59,999 nucleotides of DNA, from NCBI GenBank assembly GCA_943332105.1, contig CALQOD010000004.1, positions 1 to 59,999 on the forward strand, read 5' to 3'. Positions 28,733-39,275 of the stretch are shown here, piece by piece (within the stretch, counting starts at the first letter, position 1; each line of letters begins with the position of its first letter). Origin of the DNA: Chitinophaga pinensis. Lineage in GTDB: Bacteria; Bacteroidota; Bacteroidia; AKYH767-A; OLB10. The position numbers and the translations under genes were made by a program. The notes under the pieces were generated by a model that was not told the DNA's origin, did not search any database, and worked only from the letters and a program-made list of their open reading frames with translations.

Positions 28733-29689
28733 TTACTTTGAAAGCTCTACGCGTTGTAGCATGCTTCCGGTAGCTGTTTGAATTTTTACAATGTAAACAC
28801 CTTTGTTAAGGTCTGATAAGTTCATTGAATAGATAGCATCAAAATCCCCTAAATCAACTGATTTCACTTCACGACCTAATAAGTCGATTACTGATACTGT
28901 CACTTGTTTGAAATAATCTTTCGTCATATCGATGTGCAATACACCATGACTTGGATTTGGATAAACTAAAATTGACATAACTGATTTTACCTCAGCAACA
29001 GCCGTTACACAACCATTTGCATTCGCAACGTTTGCCGATCCTGGTGTTGAACACATGCGATTAAAATCTACTGAGTTATTGTTCGAATCTGTTCCATCAG
29101 GGAATCTTCCAATGCTAAAGAATCTTGATAAAACTGTATCAAATACAATAGTGTCGCTATTTCCTGAAGGCACTCCAGCTACTTCTAAGTAAGGAGCAAT
29201 ACAATCACCTTCGTAGCTAACTACGTCAATAATATTCCCTTGTTGAACATCTTTAATGTAAACCGCATCTGGTGATGGGGTTGTTGCAGTAGCAGAAGCC
29301 CCATTTTGAATATTACCTCCGGCTTTATATGAGCTAAAAGTTAAATTACAGTTAGGCACTGCAGGAGCACCTGTTGCTGAGTCAGGTTGGCAAATTACAA
29401 AGAAAGAGCCTGCATTTAAAGTTTGTGAAGGAAGTTGAATAGAATCATAAGGAGAATTTCCAGTACTACTAGTACTTCCATTGAAAAGCATCAATTTATA
29501 ATCTGCTAAATTCACTGGGTTTGGGCCAGCATTATATAGCTCAATATATTCCGCTTTATCTAGTCCTGGTTGATCATAATCGATTTCATTAATTACTAAT
29601 CCTTGAGCATTAACCATGTTGGTCATAAGTATTGCAACTGCAAATACCATTGCGATTTTTGTGATACAAAACGTAAATGTTTTCTTCAT
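28733..29689 (-). CDS. T9SS-secreted protein with lamin-tail (LTD) domain
   Basis: Signal peptide VNA/Q; LVINEIDYD...EYIELYN; TPGSAN; CTD VYPNPS...DLLGR...GVYIVKI. Confidence 0.85.
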   Translation of the reverse strand: MKKTFTFCITKIAMVFAVAILMTNMVNAQGLVINEIDYDQPGLDKAEYIELYNAGPNPVNLADYKLMLFNGSTSSTGNSPYDSIQLPSQTLNAGSFFVICQPDSATGAPAVPNCNLTFSSYKAGGNIQNGASATATTPSPDAVYIKDVQQGNIIDVVSYEGDCIAPYLEVAGVPSGNSDTIVFDTVLSRFFSIGRFPDGTDSNNNSVDFNRMCSTPGSANVANANGCVTAVAEVKSVMSILVYPNPSHGVLHIDMTKDYFKQVTVSVIDLLGREVKSVDLGDFDAIYSMNLSDLNKGVYIVKIQTATGSMLQRVELSK

Positions 29690-29799
29690 AGGTTTTTGAT
29701 TTTATTCCCGCTTTTTGGGGACTCAAATTTAATCTTCAATTTTGAAATAATGTAAATTCTGAATTAAATATTTGTAAAGAATTCTATTTTTGAGGTGTA

Positions 29800-30408
29800 A
29801 TGGTCAGGCCCCCCAATTTTTTACGATGGATTTACCCCAATGCAATTTGGAATTTACCTTCTGATTCTAAAGTCGTATATCTTACTTTTGATGATGGGCC
29901 TACCCCTGAAGTCACTGAAGAGGTCTTACAAATTTTGGAAAACTATCAGGCCAAAGCCACCTTCTTTTGCATTGGTAAAAACATTGAGCAGCACCCTGAG
30001 TTGTTTAAATTAGTCCGAACAAAGGCTCATCACATTGGTTCTCACACTTATTCTCATTTGAACGGATGGAAATCAAAACCTACCGATTACTTAAATGATT
30101 ACCAAAAAGGCCGTGATTTAGCACAAAGTAACTTGTTCCGCCCACCCTATGGACGCATCCTTTTGAAGCCACTTCAAACCATTCAAAAACAAGACAAGGT
30201 GATTATGTGGGATATTTTAAGCAAGGATTATAATGAGTCGCTAACACCTGAAACGGTCCTAAACAATATCCTTCGAAATATAAAACCAGGCGCTATCATC
30301 GTTTTTCACGATAGCGAAAAAGCAAAGAAAAATGTACTCGCTGTATTACCTCAATTATTGCAAAACCTAAAACAACAAGGCTATGCAATGGAGGCCATCC
30401 CGTACTAA
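29800..30408 (+). CDS. CE4 polysaccharide deacetylase
   Basis: LTFDDGP, HTYSH, FRPPYG, IIVFHD. Confidence 0.92.
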   Translation: MVRPPNFLRWIYPNAIWNLPSDSKVVYLTFDDGPTPEVTEEVLQILENYQAKATFFCIGKNIEQHPELFKLVRTKAHHIGSHTYSHLNGWKSKPTDYLNDYQKGRDLAQSNLFRPPYGRILLKPLQTIQKQDKVIMWDILSKDYNESLTPETVLNNILRNIKPGAIIVFHDSEKAKKNVLAVLPQLLQNLKQQGYAMEAIPY

Positions 30409-30515
30409 GTTAAATTTAATTAAACATCACAATGCATAAATCTTTTCAGGTTTAACATTTTAGCGATATTCTCCTTATAAATAATTCTTAAATTCGCCCA
30501 TCTTATTCCATAAAC

Positions 30516-33500
30516 ATGAATCATTATAAGCGTATCAACAATCTCTTCGGATGGATTGCATTTGCAATTTCAGCATTTGTTTATCTGAGCACAATTGAAC
30601 CAACAGGCAGCTTCTGGGATTGTGGTGAGTTCATCGCCTCTGCTTACCGATTACAAGTAGGTCATCCTCCGGGAGCACCATTATTCTTAATGTTAGGAAG
30701 AGTTTTTAGCTTGATGGCAGGGGGCGATGTTCGTTTAGTCTCTGTTATGGTGAACATCCTATCGGCTTTAATGAGCGCATTTACCATTCTGTTTTTATTC
30801 TGGACTATAACAGCGATTGCGAAAAAAATAGTTGCTAAAAATGGGGAAGTAACCAGCTCACAGTTATTTAGTATTATGGGTGCTGGATTAGTAGGGGCCT
30901 TAGCATATACCTTTAGCGATTCGTTCTGGTTTTCTGCTGTAGAGGGCGAGGTTTACGCTTCTTCTTCTTTCTTTACAGCTATTGTATTTTGGGTAATGTT
31001 TAAGTGGGATGCTTCTGAAGAAAAAGACGCAAATAAGTGGATTATTTTAATTGCCTATTTAATGGGATTATCTATCGGGATTCACTTATTGAACTTGTTA
31101 ACGATTCCTGCACTTGCTTTCATTTATTACTTCAAGAAAAACAAACCTTCTTTAGGTGGTGTTATTAAAACTGCTATTGCTGGCGTCTTGATTTTAGGAA
31201 TAGTTCAATTCGGAATTATCTCTGGATTAGTAGGCCTTGCATCAAAGGTTGATTTGTTGTTTGTAAACAGCTTCGGATTACCATTCTGGTCAGGATTTTT
31301 ATTCTTTATTGCATTATTAATTGGCGGAATTGTTTACGGCTTGAAATACTCTGTTGAAAAGAACAAGCCATTATTGAATCTTGGTATAATATGTTTTGCA
31401 TTTATTCTCTTTGGATACTCTTCTTATGCTTTGATTGTTGTTCGTTCAATGGCAAACCCTCCAATGGATGAGAATGACCCTGAACAAGTATTTAATTTAT
31501 TGGGTTATATCAATCGTGAACAATACGGAGATCGTCCTTTGTTTTACGGACAGTACTACAATGCAGAACAAGTAAGCATTGCAGAAGGGGCCAATCAATA
31601 CGCTTCAAAAGATGGCAAATACGTTGTTACTGGTAAAAAGCAATCGCCTGTTTTTGATCCTGCTAACTGTACTATTTTCCCTCGTATGTATAGCGCACAG
31701 GAAAGCCATATTCAGGCTTATAAAGATTGGGCAGGCATTACCGGAGATGGTAAGCCAACCTTTGCACAAAACCTAAAATTCTTCTTGAACTATCAAATCA
31801 TTCACATGTATTTTCGTTATTTCATGTGGAATTTTTCTGGTCGGCAGAATGATATTCAAGGTCATGGAAGTATCACTAAAGGGAACTGGATTTCGGGTAT
31901 TAATTTTATTGACGATGCGTTTTTAGGCCCGCAAGAAAATGCTCCAGAAAGTCAGAAAGCAAACAAGGGACATAATCGTTTTTACATGCTACCTTTCTTA
32001 TTGGGTGTTGTTGGAATGATCTGGCATTATAAAAAGGCTAAGCATAATGATTTCTGGACAGTAATGCTGTTGTTCTTCTTTACAGGTTTAGCAATTGTGC
32101 TTTACTTAAACCAATATCCTTATCAGCCACGTGAACGTGATTACGCTTATGCCGCCTCCTTCTATGCATTTGCTATTTGGATTGGGTTAGGAACATTGGC
32201 ATTATTTGATGCTATCAGTAAAAAAATGGAAGGCCAAGCTGCTGCAGTTCTTTCTACAGTGATCTGCTTATTAGCAGCCCCAGCATTAATGGCGAAAGAC
32301 GGATGGGATGATCATAATCGTTCTCATCGTTATACATCACGCGATTTTGCACATAACTATTTGATGAGTTGTGCACCAAATGCTATCATCTTTACGAATG
32401 GGGATAACGATACCTTCCCTCTTTGGTATGCACAAGATGTCGAAGGTATTCGTCCTGATATCCGAATTGTGAATTTGAGTTTATTGAATACTGATTGGTA
32501 TATAGATCAAATGAAGCGCAAGGCTTATCAAAGTGATGCACTTCCTATCACATTTACACATGAACAATACGCACAAGGTACTCGTGACTATGTGCCTTAT
32601 GCTGCTGGCCGCGTGAATGCTGAAGGATACATCAATCTAAAAGAAATTATGGACTTTATTAAGTCGGATGAGCCAAATGCGAAATTACAAACACAAGGAG
32701 GGATGTCGCTTAACTTTTTCCCTACTAAAAAGTTTATGGTATTGGTTGATAAAAAAGCTGTTCTTGAATCGGGAGCTGTTAAGCCAGAAGATGCAAGTAA
32801 AATTTTAGATACTATTTATTGGGATCTGGATAAAACTTATTTGATGAAAGCTGACTTGATGATTCTAGATTTGATTGCTAACAATAACTGGAAACGTCCT
32901 ATTTATTTTGCTGTTACTGTTGGAAGCGAAAATTATATGAACCTTGAACCTTACTTCCAGTTAGAAGGATTAGCATATCGTTTTGTTCCTATTAAAAATT
33001 CGCGCGCTGCAGATCCAAACGGACAAACAGGAAGAGTAGATAATGATATCATGTATAATAACATGATGAATAAATTCTTGTGGGGAAATATGAAACGACA
33101 AGATGTTTATCTTGATCAAACTAATATGGGGATGACAATGAACTTCCGAAATAACTTTGCTCGTTTATCAGAATCATTGATGGAAGCTGGTAAAAAAGAT
33201 TCTGCTATAAAAGTGTTGGACAAGATGAATGATGAAATGCCAGACAACACTGTTGCCTACAATGTAATGATGTTGCGTCCGATTGAATTATATTTTATGG
33301 CTGCACAAAAAGTAAATCCTAAAGACACATTAAATCCATTTAATCGTTTATCATTATCTACAGTAGAGCTTCCAGAGGCCAGAAGGAAACATGCAGAAGA
33401 TATGGCAATTGCAATTACTAAACGCTTGGCAGCTATCTATGAAAATGAGATGGATTATTATATGTCAATTAAACGCACTTCCTATTTCTCAACTGTCGAC

Positions 33501-33641
33501 AGAGAATCGAATCAGGCATACGCCGTTTACGGAGATTTGATAAGAATGGCAAGGCAATACGGACAAGGAAATCTAAGTGAGGAACTGCAGAAAAAATTGC
33601 AAAAGTATCAGGCACTTAATCCGAATTATTATCAGCAATAA
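30516..33641 (+). CDS. DUF2723 (TMEM260-like) polytopic putative glycosyltransferase
   Basis: SFWDCGEF, HPPGAP, AVEGEVY, PRERDY, GDNDTFPLWY motifs; many TM helices and a large soluble C-terminal part. Confidence 0.9.
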   Translation: MNHYKRINNLFGWIAFAISAFVYLSTIEPTGSFWDCGEFIASAYRLQVGHPPGAPLFLMLGRVFSLMAGGDVRLVSVMVNILSALMSAFTILFLFWTITAIAKKIVAKNGEVTSSQLFSIMGAGLVGALAYTFSDSFWFSAVEGEVYASSSFFTAIVFWVMFKWDASEEKDANKWIILIAYLMGLSIGIHLLNLLTIPALAFIYYFKKNKPSLGGVIKTAIAGVLILGIVQFGIISGLVGLASKVDLLFVNSFGLPFWSGFLFFIALLIGGIVYGLKYSVEKNKPLLNLGIICFAFILFGYSSYALIVVRSMANPPMDENDPEQVFNLLGYINREQYGDRPLFYGQYYNAEQVSIAEGANQYASKDGKYVVTGKKQSPVFDPANCTIFPRMYSAQESHIQAYKDWAGITGDGKPTFAQNLKFFLNYQIIHMYFRYFMWNFSGRQNDIQGHGSITKGNWISGINFIDDAFLGPQENAPESQKANKGHNRFYMLPFLLGVVGMIWHYKKAKHNDFWTVMLLFFFTGLAIVLYLNQYPYQPRERDYAYAASFYAFAIWIGLGTLALFDAISKKMEGQAAAVLSTVICLLAAPALMAKDGWDDHNRSHRYTSRDFAHNYLMSCAPNAIIFTNGDNDTFPLWYAQDVEGIRPDIRIVNLSLLNTDWYIDQMKRKAYQSDALPITFTHEQYAQGTRDYVPYAAGRVNAEGYINLKEIMDFIKSDEPNAKLQTQGGMSLNFFPTKKFMVLVDKKAVLESGAVKPEDASKILDTIYWDLDKTYLMKADLMILDLIANNNWKRPIYFAVTVGSENYMNLEPYFQLEGLAYRFVPIKNSRAADPNGQTGRVDNDIMYNNMMNKFLWGNMKRQDVYLDQTNMGMTMNFRNNFARLSESLMEAGKKDSAIKVLDKMNDEMPDNTVAYNVMMLRPIELYFMAAQKVNPKDTLNPFNRLSLSTVELPEARRKHAEDMAIAITKRLAAIYENEMDYYMSIKRTSYFSTVDRESNQAYAVYGDLIRMARQYGQGNLSEELQKKLQKYQALNPNYYQQ

Positions 33642-33678
33642 AATAAAAATGGGGACTAAACTGTCCCCATTTTTATTT
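33641..33678. terminator. Bidirectional intrinsic terminator
   Basis: 16-bp inverted repeat AAATAAAAATGGGGAC / GTCCCCATTTTTATTT between convergent genes. Confidence 0.88.
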
Positions 33679-33692
33679 ACTCCATTTGCTAA

Positions 33693-35363
33693 TTATTGTT
33701 TCATCCACTTAAGTGTGATTTTACGATTCACTCTAATAATATAATTTCCAGTGCTGAACTTACTAGTTAATGGTATAGATAATTCATTGTTATCCATTCC
33801 GTATTTCGAATACACTAATTGACCTATTGCAGAATAAATTTCAATTTCTTCAATACTATTGGTACTTCTTAATTGCAATATGCTTGATGGATTTTGAATT
33901 AACTGAATATTTGTGTTGTTAATTATCGAGTTTAATCCAACAGCCATTGGCCCTAATGTTCCGTCATCATTAATATTTTGAACATAGATTCCGTTATCGT
34001 TTCTAGTATCAGACCACGTTACAATTAACTGATGATTACTTACACGGGAAATTCCAATATCATCTTTATTGCTTGCAGTAACATTAAGCGACTTTTGTAA
34101 AAATGGCCATTGCTTTATTCCCATCGAATCAATTAACGTCGCTTTAATAGCAACCTGATTAAACCCTCCGGTATAATAAACTAAAATTGCATTGTTATCA
34201 TCTTGCGCAATACCTACGGGGGTCGTTATGTTTGATGTTTGAACATCCACTACAATACCATCGGTGCCACATAAATTTAATCCTGCATTATTTACTCTTT
34301 GAATACTATTACCTGAAGCAGACTGACCAGTATTGGTAACTTGTAATCCTACCCATGTTTGATTAGTTGTTGAATTATAAAAATAATCACCCAAATAAGA
34401 ATTGATACTTAAAGAACTCGTTAATGCGGTACCGTTAGCACTCCAAGTAGCCCCTGTTGAATCAACATGCTGTAGGTAAACACTTGTGAGCGCTGCATTG
34501 GTTGGATTACCTGCATTAAAGGCACATAAAAATCCTGTTGCCCCATCAGAAATAATTTTGGGGAAGAAAAAAGTAGAAATTGTTTTTGTTGTAAATTGAA
34601 TGGATGTTGGCCAAAGATTCACATAGTTTGTTGCTAGACGCTTTACAAACATTTTAGAAACACCAGGAAAGTTTCCTGTTTCCTGCACGTACATTAAATA
34701 ATATTCATTGTTGGCATACGATGCAATAGATGGACGCGAATAGTTAGGAGTTGTTCCTGTTGCAGGTTTTACTCTTGCTGGTCCGGCACCATTAATAGAC
34801 ACTCCTGTTGCCGGATTTAATTCGATATAGCAAACCCATTTCTGATTAGTACTTGAATAGGCATTCCATGCAACCACCACATTATTGTTTGACAATACAC
34901 CAATAACTGGAGCTAATCCTTCAGCTGCATCTGCATCGGATAAAACTACTCCATTGGTTGCCCAAAAAGGGGCTCCGGTAGAGTCCATCTTTTGAGCTAC
35001 TACCTGCATATTACCGGTGCGTTGATCTTGAAAAGCAACGATGGCATTTCCTTCATTATCCGTTTTTAAATCGTAGCGAAAAAGTGCAGTAGTTTGAGGG
35101 GCATTGCTTACTACCACACCATTAGTACCCCATAGTTTATTGCCTATAGCATCAAGTCGCTGCATGCGTAACACATACATTCCTGATGACTGATCAAACC
35201 ATGAAATATACGCTCCTCCATCTGCTCTTGCACTAATAAGTGGGGTTGCTTGTTCCGAACCAATTGCATCTTGAATTACCACATTATTGGTAGAGTCATT
35301 GGCAAATTGAGCATTTACAAAAAATGGTAAGAGGCTCATTAAGAGAAAATAAATCTTTTTCAT
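33693..35363 (-). CDS. T9SS-secreted protein with internal repeats (probable beta-propeller)
   Basis: ATG 35363 (MKKIYF...VNA/Q) preferred over 35429; repeats ending in Q[RKH].D..G...W..NG; CTD QNPS...IYSAIGQ...GNYIIRV. Confidence 0.78.
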   Translation of the reverse strand: MKKIYFLLMSLLPFFVNAQFANDSTNNVVIQDAIGSEQATPLISARADGGAYISWFDQSSGMYVLRMQRLDAIGNKLWGTNGVVVSNAPQTTALFRYDLKTDNEGNAIVAFQDQRTGNMQVVAQKMDSTGAPFWATNGVVLSDADAAEGLAPVIGVLSNNNVVVAWNAYSSTNQKWVCYIELNPATGVSINGAGPARVKPATGTTPNYSRPSIASYANNEYYLMYVQETGNFPGVSKMFVKRLATNYVNLWPTSIQFTTKTISTFFFPKIISDGATGFLCAFNAGNPTNAALTSVYLQHVDSTGATWSANGTALTSSLSINSYLGDYFYNSTTNQTWVGLQVTNTGQSASGNSIQRVNNAGLNLCGTDGIVVDVQTSNITTPVGIAQDDNNAILVYYTGGFNQVAIKATLIDSMGIKQWPFLQKSLNVTASNKDDIGISRVSNHQLIVTWSDTRNDNGIYVQNINDDGTLGPMAVGLNSIINNTNIQLIQNPSSILQLRSTNSIEEIEIYSAIGQLVYSKYGMDNNELSIPLTSKFSTGNYIIRVNRKITLKWMKQ

Positions 35364-35449
35364 GTCATTTTTTTTATGAAAGTAAAAAAACAAATCAAGC
35401 AAGCATGGGATTCCCCAATTGATTTTCATAAATCAATGCTGATAGCAAT

Positions 35450-35479
35450 AAAAAAAGGGCGATAACCACATCGCCCTTT
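35450..35479 (-). terminator. Terminator-like hairpin with no CDS directly upstream
   Basis: AAAGGGCGAT-aaccac-ATCGCCCTTT with T tract on the minus strand. Confidence 0.75.
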
Positions 35480-35560
35480 CGTTCAACCATTGTCAATCCA
35501 ACCTTTGAACTGTATTTTAAATAGAATGTTCTTTTGAGTATTTGGTTAGTGTATTAGCTC
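35450..35560 (-). ncRNA. Candidate small RNA or leader between atpG and the T9SS gene
   Basis: Segment bracketed by two same-strand terminators; internal GTTCAA/TTGAAC stem (35481-35510). No family recognised. Confidence 0.35.
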
Positions 35561-35583
35561 TTCTGCAAGTTTCATGTAAAAGC

Positions 35584-35606
35584 AAAAAATAGGGGCCTAA
35601 GCCCCT
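35584..35606 (-). terminator. Terminator of the atp operon
   Basis: Minus strand AGGGGC-TTAG-GCCCCT-ATTTTTT, starting 27 nt after the atpG stop. Confidence 0.8.
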
Positions 35607-35633
35607 TATGTATACTTTTATGATGCTCTTTAT

Positions 35634-36512
35634 TTAACCATTCAAGGCTTCTGCACCGGCAACAATTTCTAGGATTTCATTTGTGATTGAAGCCTGACGA
35701 GCTTTATTGTAAGTTAGCTTTAGCTCTTTAATCATTTCACCTGCATTATCTGTTGCTTTGCTCATTGCAGTCATACGTGCACCGTGTTCAGAGGCATTAG
35801 AATCTAAAACTGCCTTATATAGCTGCGTCTTTATTGACTTAGGGATCAAGTCTAAAATAATTTCCTGCTTGCTAGGTTCAAAAATATAATCATTGTTTGT
35901 TGATTGTGAATTCGACTCAGATGGCTGAAGTGGCAACATCTGTTCTACTTGCACAATTTGTACTGCTGCATTTTTAAACTGATTATATACAACAAGAACT
36001 TTGTCGTATTGCCCAAGAGCAAAATCATTCATTATTTTTTCTGCAATTGGAGCTACTACATCAAACCGCAAATCGGCATATACCTCATTATGATTCCCAT
36101 TATACAACGAGTTGTTTTTAGAGTAAAAATCCGAAGCTTTTTTCCCAATACTCAAGACTTTTACATTTCCAGCATTAGCTTGTGCACTATATTGCTCATG
36201 AATTATTTTATTTACCTGACGAATAATATTTGCATTAAACGCACCCGCCAAACCTCTATTCGATGTCACAGCAACGATTAATACTTTTTCAACTGGTCTT
36301 ACCTGCGCAAATTGGCCGCCGCTACCGCTTTCTAATGTAGAGGATAAATTTTCTAGGATATCACGAAGCTTATTTGCATAAGGACGCAGTTGCGTAATTG
36401 CATTCTGCGCACGACGAAGCTTAGCAGCACTCACCATTTTCATTGCTTTGGTGATTTGCTGTGTGCTCGATACAGAGACAATTCTTAAACGAACCTCTTT
36501 TAAATTAGCCAT
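35634..36512 (-). CDS. atpG: ATP synthase F1 gamma
   Basis: QITKAMKMVSAAK, RGLAGAFN, SEHGARMTAM, RQASITNEI. Confidence 0.98.
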   Translation of the reverse strand: MANLKEVRLRIVSVSSTQQITKAMKMVSAAKLRRAQNAITQLRPYANKLRDILENLSSTLESGSGGQFAQVRPVEKVLIVAVTSNRGLAGAFNANIIRQVNKIIHEQYSAQANAGNVKVLSIGKKASDFYSKNNSLYNGNHNEVYADLRFDVVAPIAEKIMNDFALGQYDKVLVVYNQFKNAAVQIVQVEQMLPLQPSESNSQSTNNDYIFEPSKQEIILDLIPKSIKTQLYKAVLDSNASEHGARMTAMSKATDNAGEMIKELKLTYNKARQASITNEILEIVAGAEALNG

Positions 36513-36541
36513 TTTAAATTTTCTTTAAATCGTGCTGAAAA

Positions 36542-38122
36542 TTAAGCAGTGTAATTTTTTGCTAAGTCGTTACCAACCTGCTCTAATGTATTTGTGATTT
36601 CATCATTAAATACCCCTTTCGCTAATTGATCAAGTGTAGCTTTATGATTTGCACGCATTACATTTAAGAAATTTGTTTCAAACTCGCGAACCTGACGTAC
36701 TGGAACATTTTGCAATAACCCTTTTGTTCCAAGGTATATAATTGCAATTTGCTCTTCAACGCGTAATGGCGAATATTGGCCTTGCTTAAGAATTTCTACG
36801 TTACGAGAACCCTTGCCGATTACTGCTTTAGTAGCAGCATCTAAGTCAGAACCGAATTTAGAGAAAGCCTCTAACTCACGGTACTGTGCCTGATCTAGCT
36901 TAAGAGTGCCGGCAACTTTCTTCATTGATTTAATCTGAGCGTTACCACCTACGCGTGAAACCGAAATACCAACGTTAATTGCAGGACGAACACCAGCGTT
37001 AAACAAGTTCGCCTCAAGAAATATCTGTCCGTCAGTAATAGAGATTACATTCGTAGGGATATATGCAGAAACGTCACCTGCTTGTGTTTCAATAATGGGA
37101 AGTGCTGTTAATGAACCACCACCCTTAACTATGCCTTTTAACGATTCAGGTAAATCATTCATATTAGCGGCAATCGAATCAGACTTAATTACTTTCGCAG
37201 CGCGCTCTAATAAACGGCTATGTAAGTAGAATACGTCTCCTGGATAAGCCTCACGACCTGGAGGACGACGTAATAAAAGAGATACCTCACGGTAAGCAAC
37301 AGCTTGTTTAGATAAATCATCGTAAACAACTAATGCTGGGCGGCCAGTATCGCGGAAAAATTCTCCAATTGCAGCGCCTGCCATTGGAGCGAAGAACTGC
37401 ATAGTAGCAGATTCAGAGGCAGTCGCGGCAACGATTACTGTATAAGCCATTGCGCCGCGCTCTTCTAATGTTTTAACTACGTTAGCGATTGTAGAGCCCT
37501 TCTGACCTATTGCAACATAGATACAAAATACGGTCTCTCCTTTGTCAAAAAATTCTTTTTGATTAATAATAGTATCAATTGCTACCGCTGTTTTACCTGT
37601 TTGACGATCACCGATGATTAACTCACGTTGTCCACGACCGATTGGAATCATTGCATCGATTGCTTTGATACCCGTTTGGAGTGGCTCGTTTACTGGTTGA
37701 CGGAAGATAACGCCTGGGGCTTTACGCTCAAGTGGCATTTCATAAGTTTCTCCTGAAATTGGGCCTTTCCCATCAATTGGAACTCCCAGTGTATCAACGA
37801 CACGTCCAAGCATTCCCTCTCCTACGCGAATAGAAGCGATTTTGCCTGTACGTTTTACCGTATCACCTTCTTTAATATTGTTTGATGAACCTAACATTAC
37901 GGCACCTACGTTATCTTCTTCAAGATTTAATACAATGCCTTTAAGTCCATTTTCAAATTCGATTAGCTCTCCCGATTGAACCTTTGTAAGTCCGTAAATA
38001 CGGGCAATACCATCACCCACTTGAAGAACTGTTCCTACTTCTTCAAGTTCTGTTGCAGATTTAAATCCTGCTAATTGTTGACGGAGGATAGCTGAAACTT
38101 CGTCTGGTCTAACATCTACCAT
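36542..38122 (-). CDS. atpA: ATP synthase F1 alpha
   Basis: [29 protein letters not shown]. Confidence 0.99.
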   Translation of the reverse strand: MVDVRPDEVSAILRQQLAGFKSATELEEVGTVLQVGDGIARIYGLTKVQSGELIEFENGLKGIVLNLEEDNVGAVMLGSSNNIKEGDTVKRTGKIASIRVGEGMLGRVVDTLGVPIDGKGPISGETYEMPLERKAPGVIFRQPVNEPLQTGIKAIDAMIPIGRGQRELIIGDRQTGKTAVAIDTIINQKEFFDKGETVFCIYVAIGQKGSTIANVVKTLEERGAMAYTVIVAATASESATMQFFAPMAGAAIGEFFRDTGRPALVVYDDLSKQAVAYREVSLLLRRPPGREAYPGDVFYLHSRLLERAAKVIKSDSIAANMNDLPESLKGIVKGGGSLTALPIIETQAGDVSAYIPTNVISITDGQIFLEANLFNAGVRPAINVGISVSRVGGNAQIKSMKKVAGTLKLDQAQYRELEAFSKFGSDLDAATKAVIGKGSRNVEILKQGQYSPLRVEEQIAIIYLGTKGLLQNVPVRQVREFETNFLNVMRANHKATLDQLAKGVFNDEITNTLEQVGNDLAKNYTA

Positions 38123-38154
38123 TTGCGTAGTTATTTATTATTATTAGATAATTA

Positions 38155-38712
38155 TTAATATTCTTTTACATATAAGTTATCGTCGAATTCGTTTTTCAAC
38201 TGACGTAACTTTTTAAGTACTGAAGCATCAAATTGTTCATCGCCTATGCGAAGAACAAAACCTCCTATTAAATTTTTATTTACTGTTTCAACGAGCTCTA
38301 TTTTGCTTCCCTTCGTTTTTTTAACAATATCGAGAACTTGCTCTCTTAATTGTGCATCCATCGGAGTTGCAGTTGTTACATATGCAACCTTAATTCCGAT
38401 TGATTCTTTATAGATATTAATATACTCTTGAGCGATATTCGTTAAGTAGCCTTCACGACCTTTCTTCGTCATTAAATTCATGAAAGCAAGAGTAACCTGA
38501 TTTACCTTTTCAGAAAAAATACTCTTTATAACAGCATCTTTTTTATCAGAATTGATAATCGGGTTTTTCATCAATAATGCTAAATCGCGACTCTGATGAC
38601 AAGCAGAAACAATCAATTGCATATCAGAAAAAACCTTCTCCGTAATATTATTTTCGGTGGCTAATCCCAACAATGATTTTGCGTATCTGCGAGCTACTTT
38701 TGACTCCGTCAT
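38155..38712 (-). CDS. atpH: ATP synthase delta
   Basis: VARRYAKSL, LIGGFVL...DAS; operon position. Confidence 0.95.
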   Translation of the reverse strand: MTESKVARRYAKSLLGLATENNITEKVFSDMQLIVSACHQSRDLALLMKNPIINSDKKDAVIKSIFSEKVNQVTLAFMNLMTKKGREGYLTNIAQEYINIYKESIGIKVAYVTTATPMDAQLREQVLDIVKKTKGSKIELVETVNKNLIGGFVLRIGDEQFDASVLKKLRQLKNEFDDNLYVKEY

Positions 38713-38737
38713 TTTCTAATTTTTAGCGATTAATGAA

Positions 38738-39232
38738 TCAGTTTAACTTAACGTCTTTCAATAAATCATTAACCAAGGCCTTTTGCTTTTCGTCGCTTGC
38801 TAGTTGTTGACGAATTACTTTTTCTGCAATCTCAATTGACAAAGTTGCTACCTGATTTTTTAATTCGGTAATAGCGGCCATCTTCTCATTTTGTATTGAC
38901 TCGCGAGCTGCTGAAACCATACGATCAGCCTCAACCTGAGCCTTAGCGCGCGCTTCATTTACAATTGCATCTTTTGTTTCACGCGCTTCTTTCAACATCA
39001 TATCACGTTCGTTACGAGCCTGCTTTAATAATTGCTCGTTCTCTGCTTTCATATTCGATACTTCTTCCTTCGCTTTTTTAGCAGCATTTAAAGCATCCTC
39101 TATAGAAGTTTCGCGATCTTTCAGTGAAGAAAGTATAGGGCCCCAAGCAAATTTGCTTAGAATGAAAACAACAATCAGAAACGAAACGGTCATCCAAAAT
39201 ACGAGACCAAATTCGGGTTTTACGAGTTCCAT
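38738..39232 (-). CDS. atpF: ATP synthase F0 b
   Basis: N-terminal TM (KFAWGPI) followed by a charged coiled coil. Confidence 0.95.
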   Translation of the reverse strand: MELVKPEFGLVFWMTVSFLIVVFILSKFAWGPILSSLKDRETSIEDALNAAKKAKEEVSNMKAENEQLLKQARNERDMMLKEARETKDAIVNEARAKAQVEADRMVSAARESIQNEKMAAITELKNQVATLSIEIAEKVIRQQLASDEKQKALVNDLLKDVKLN

Positions 39233-39275
39233 TTTATTTAAATTTCTTTTAAAGTCGAGTTTAAATTTTTAAACA

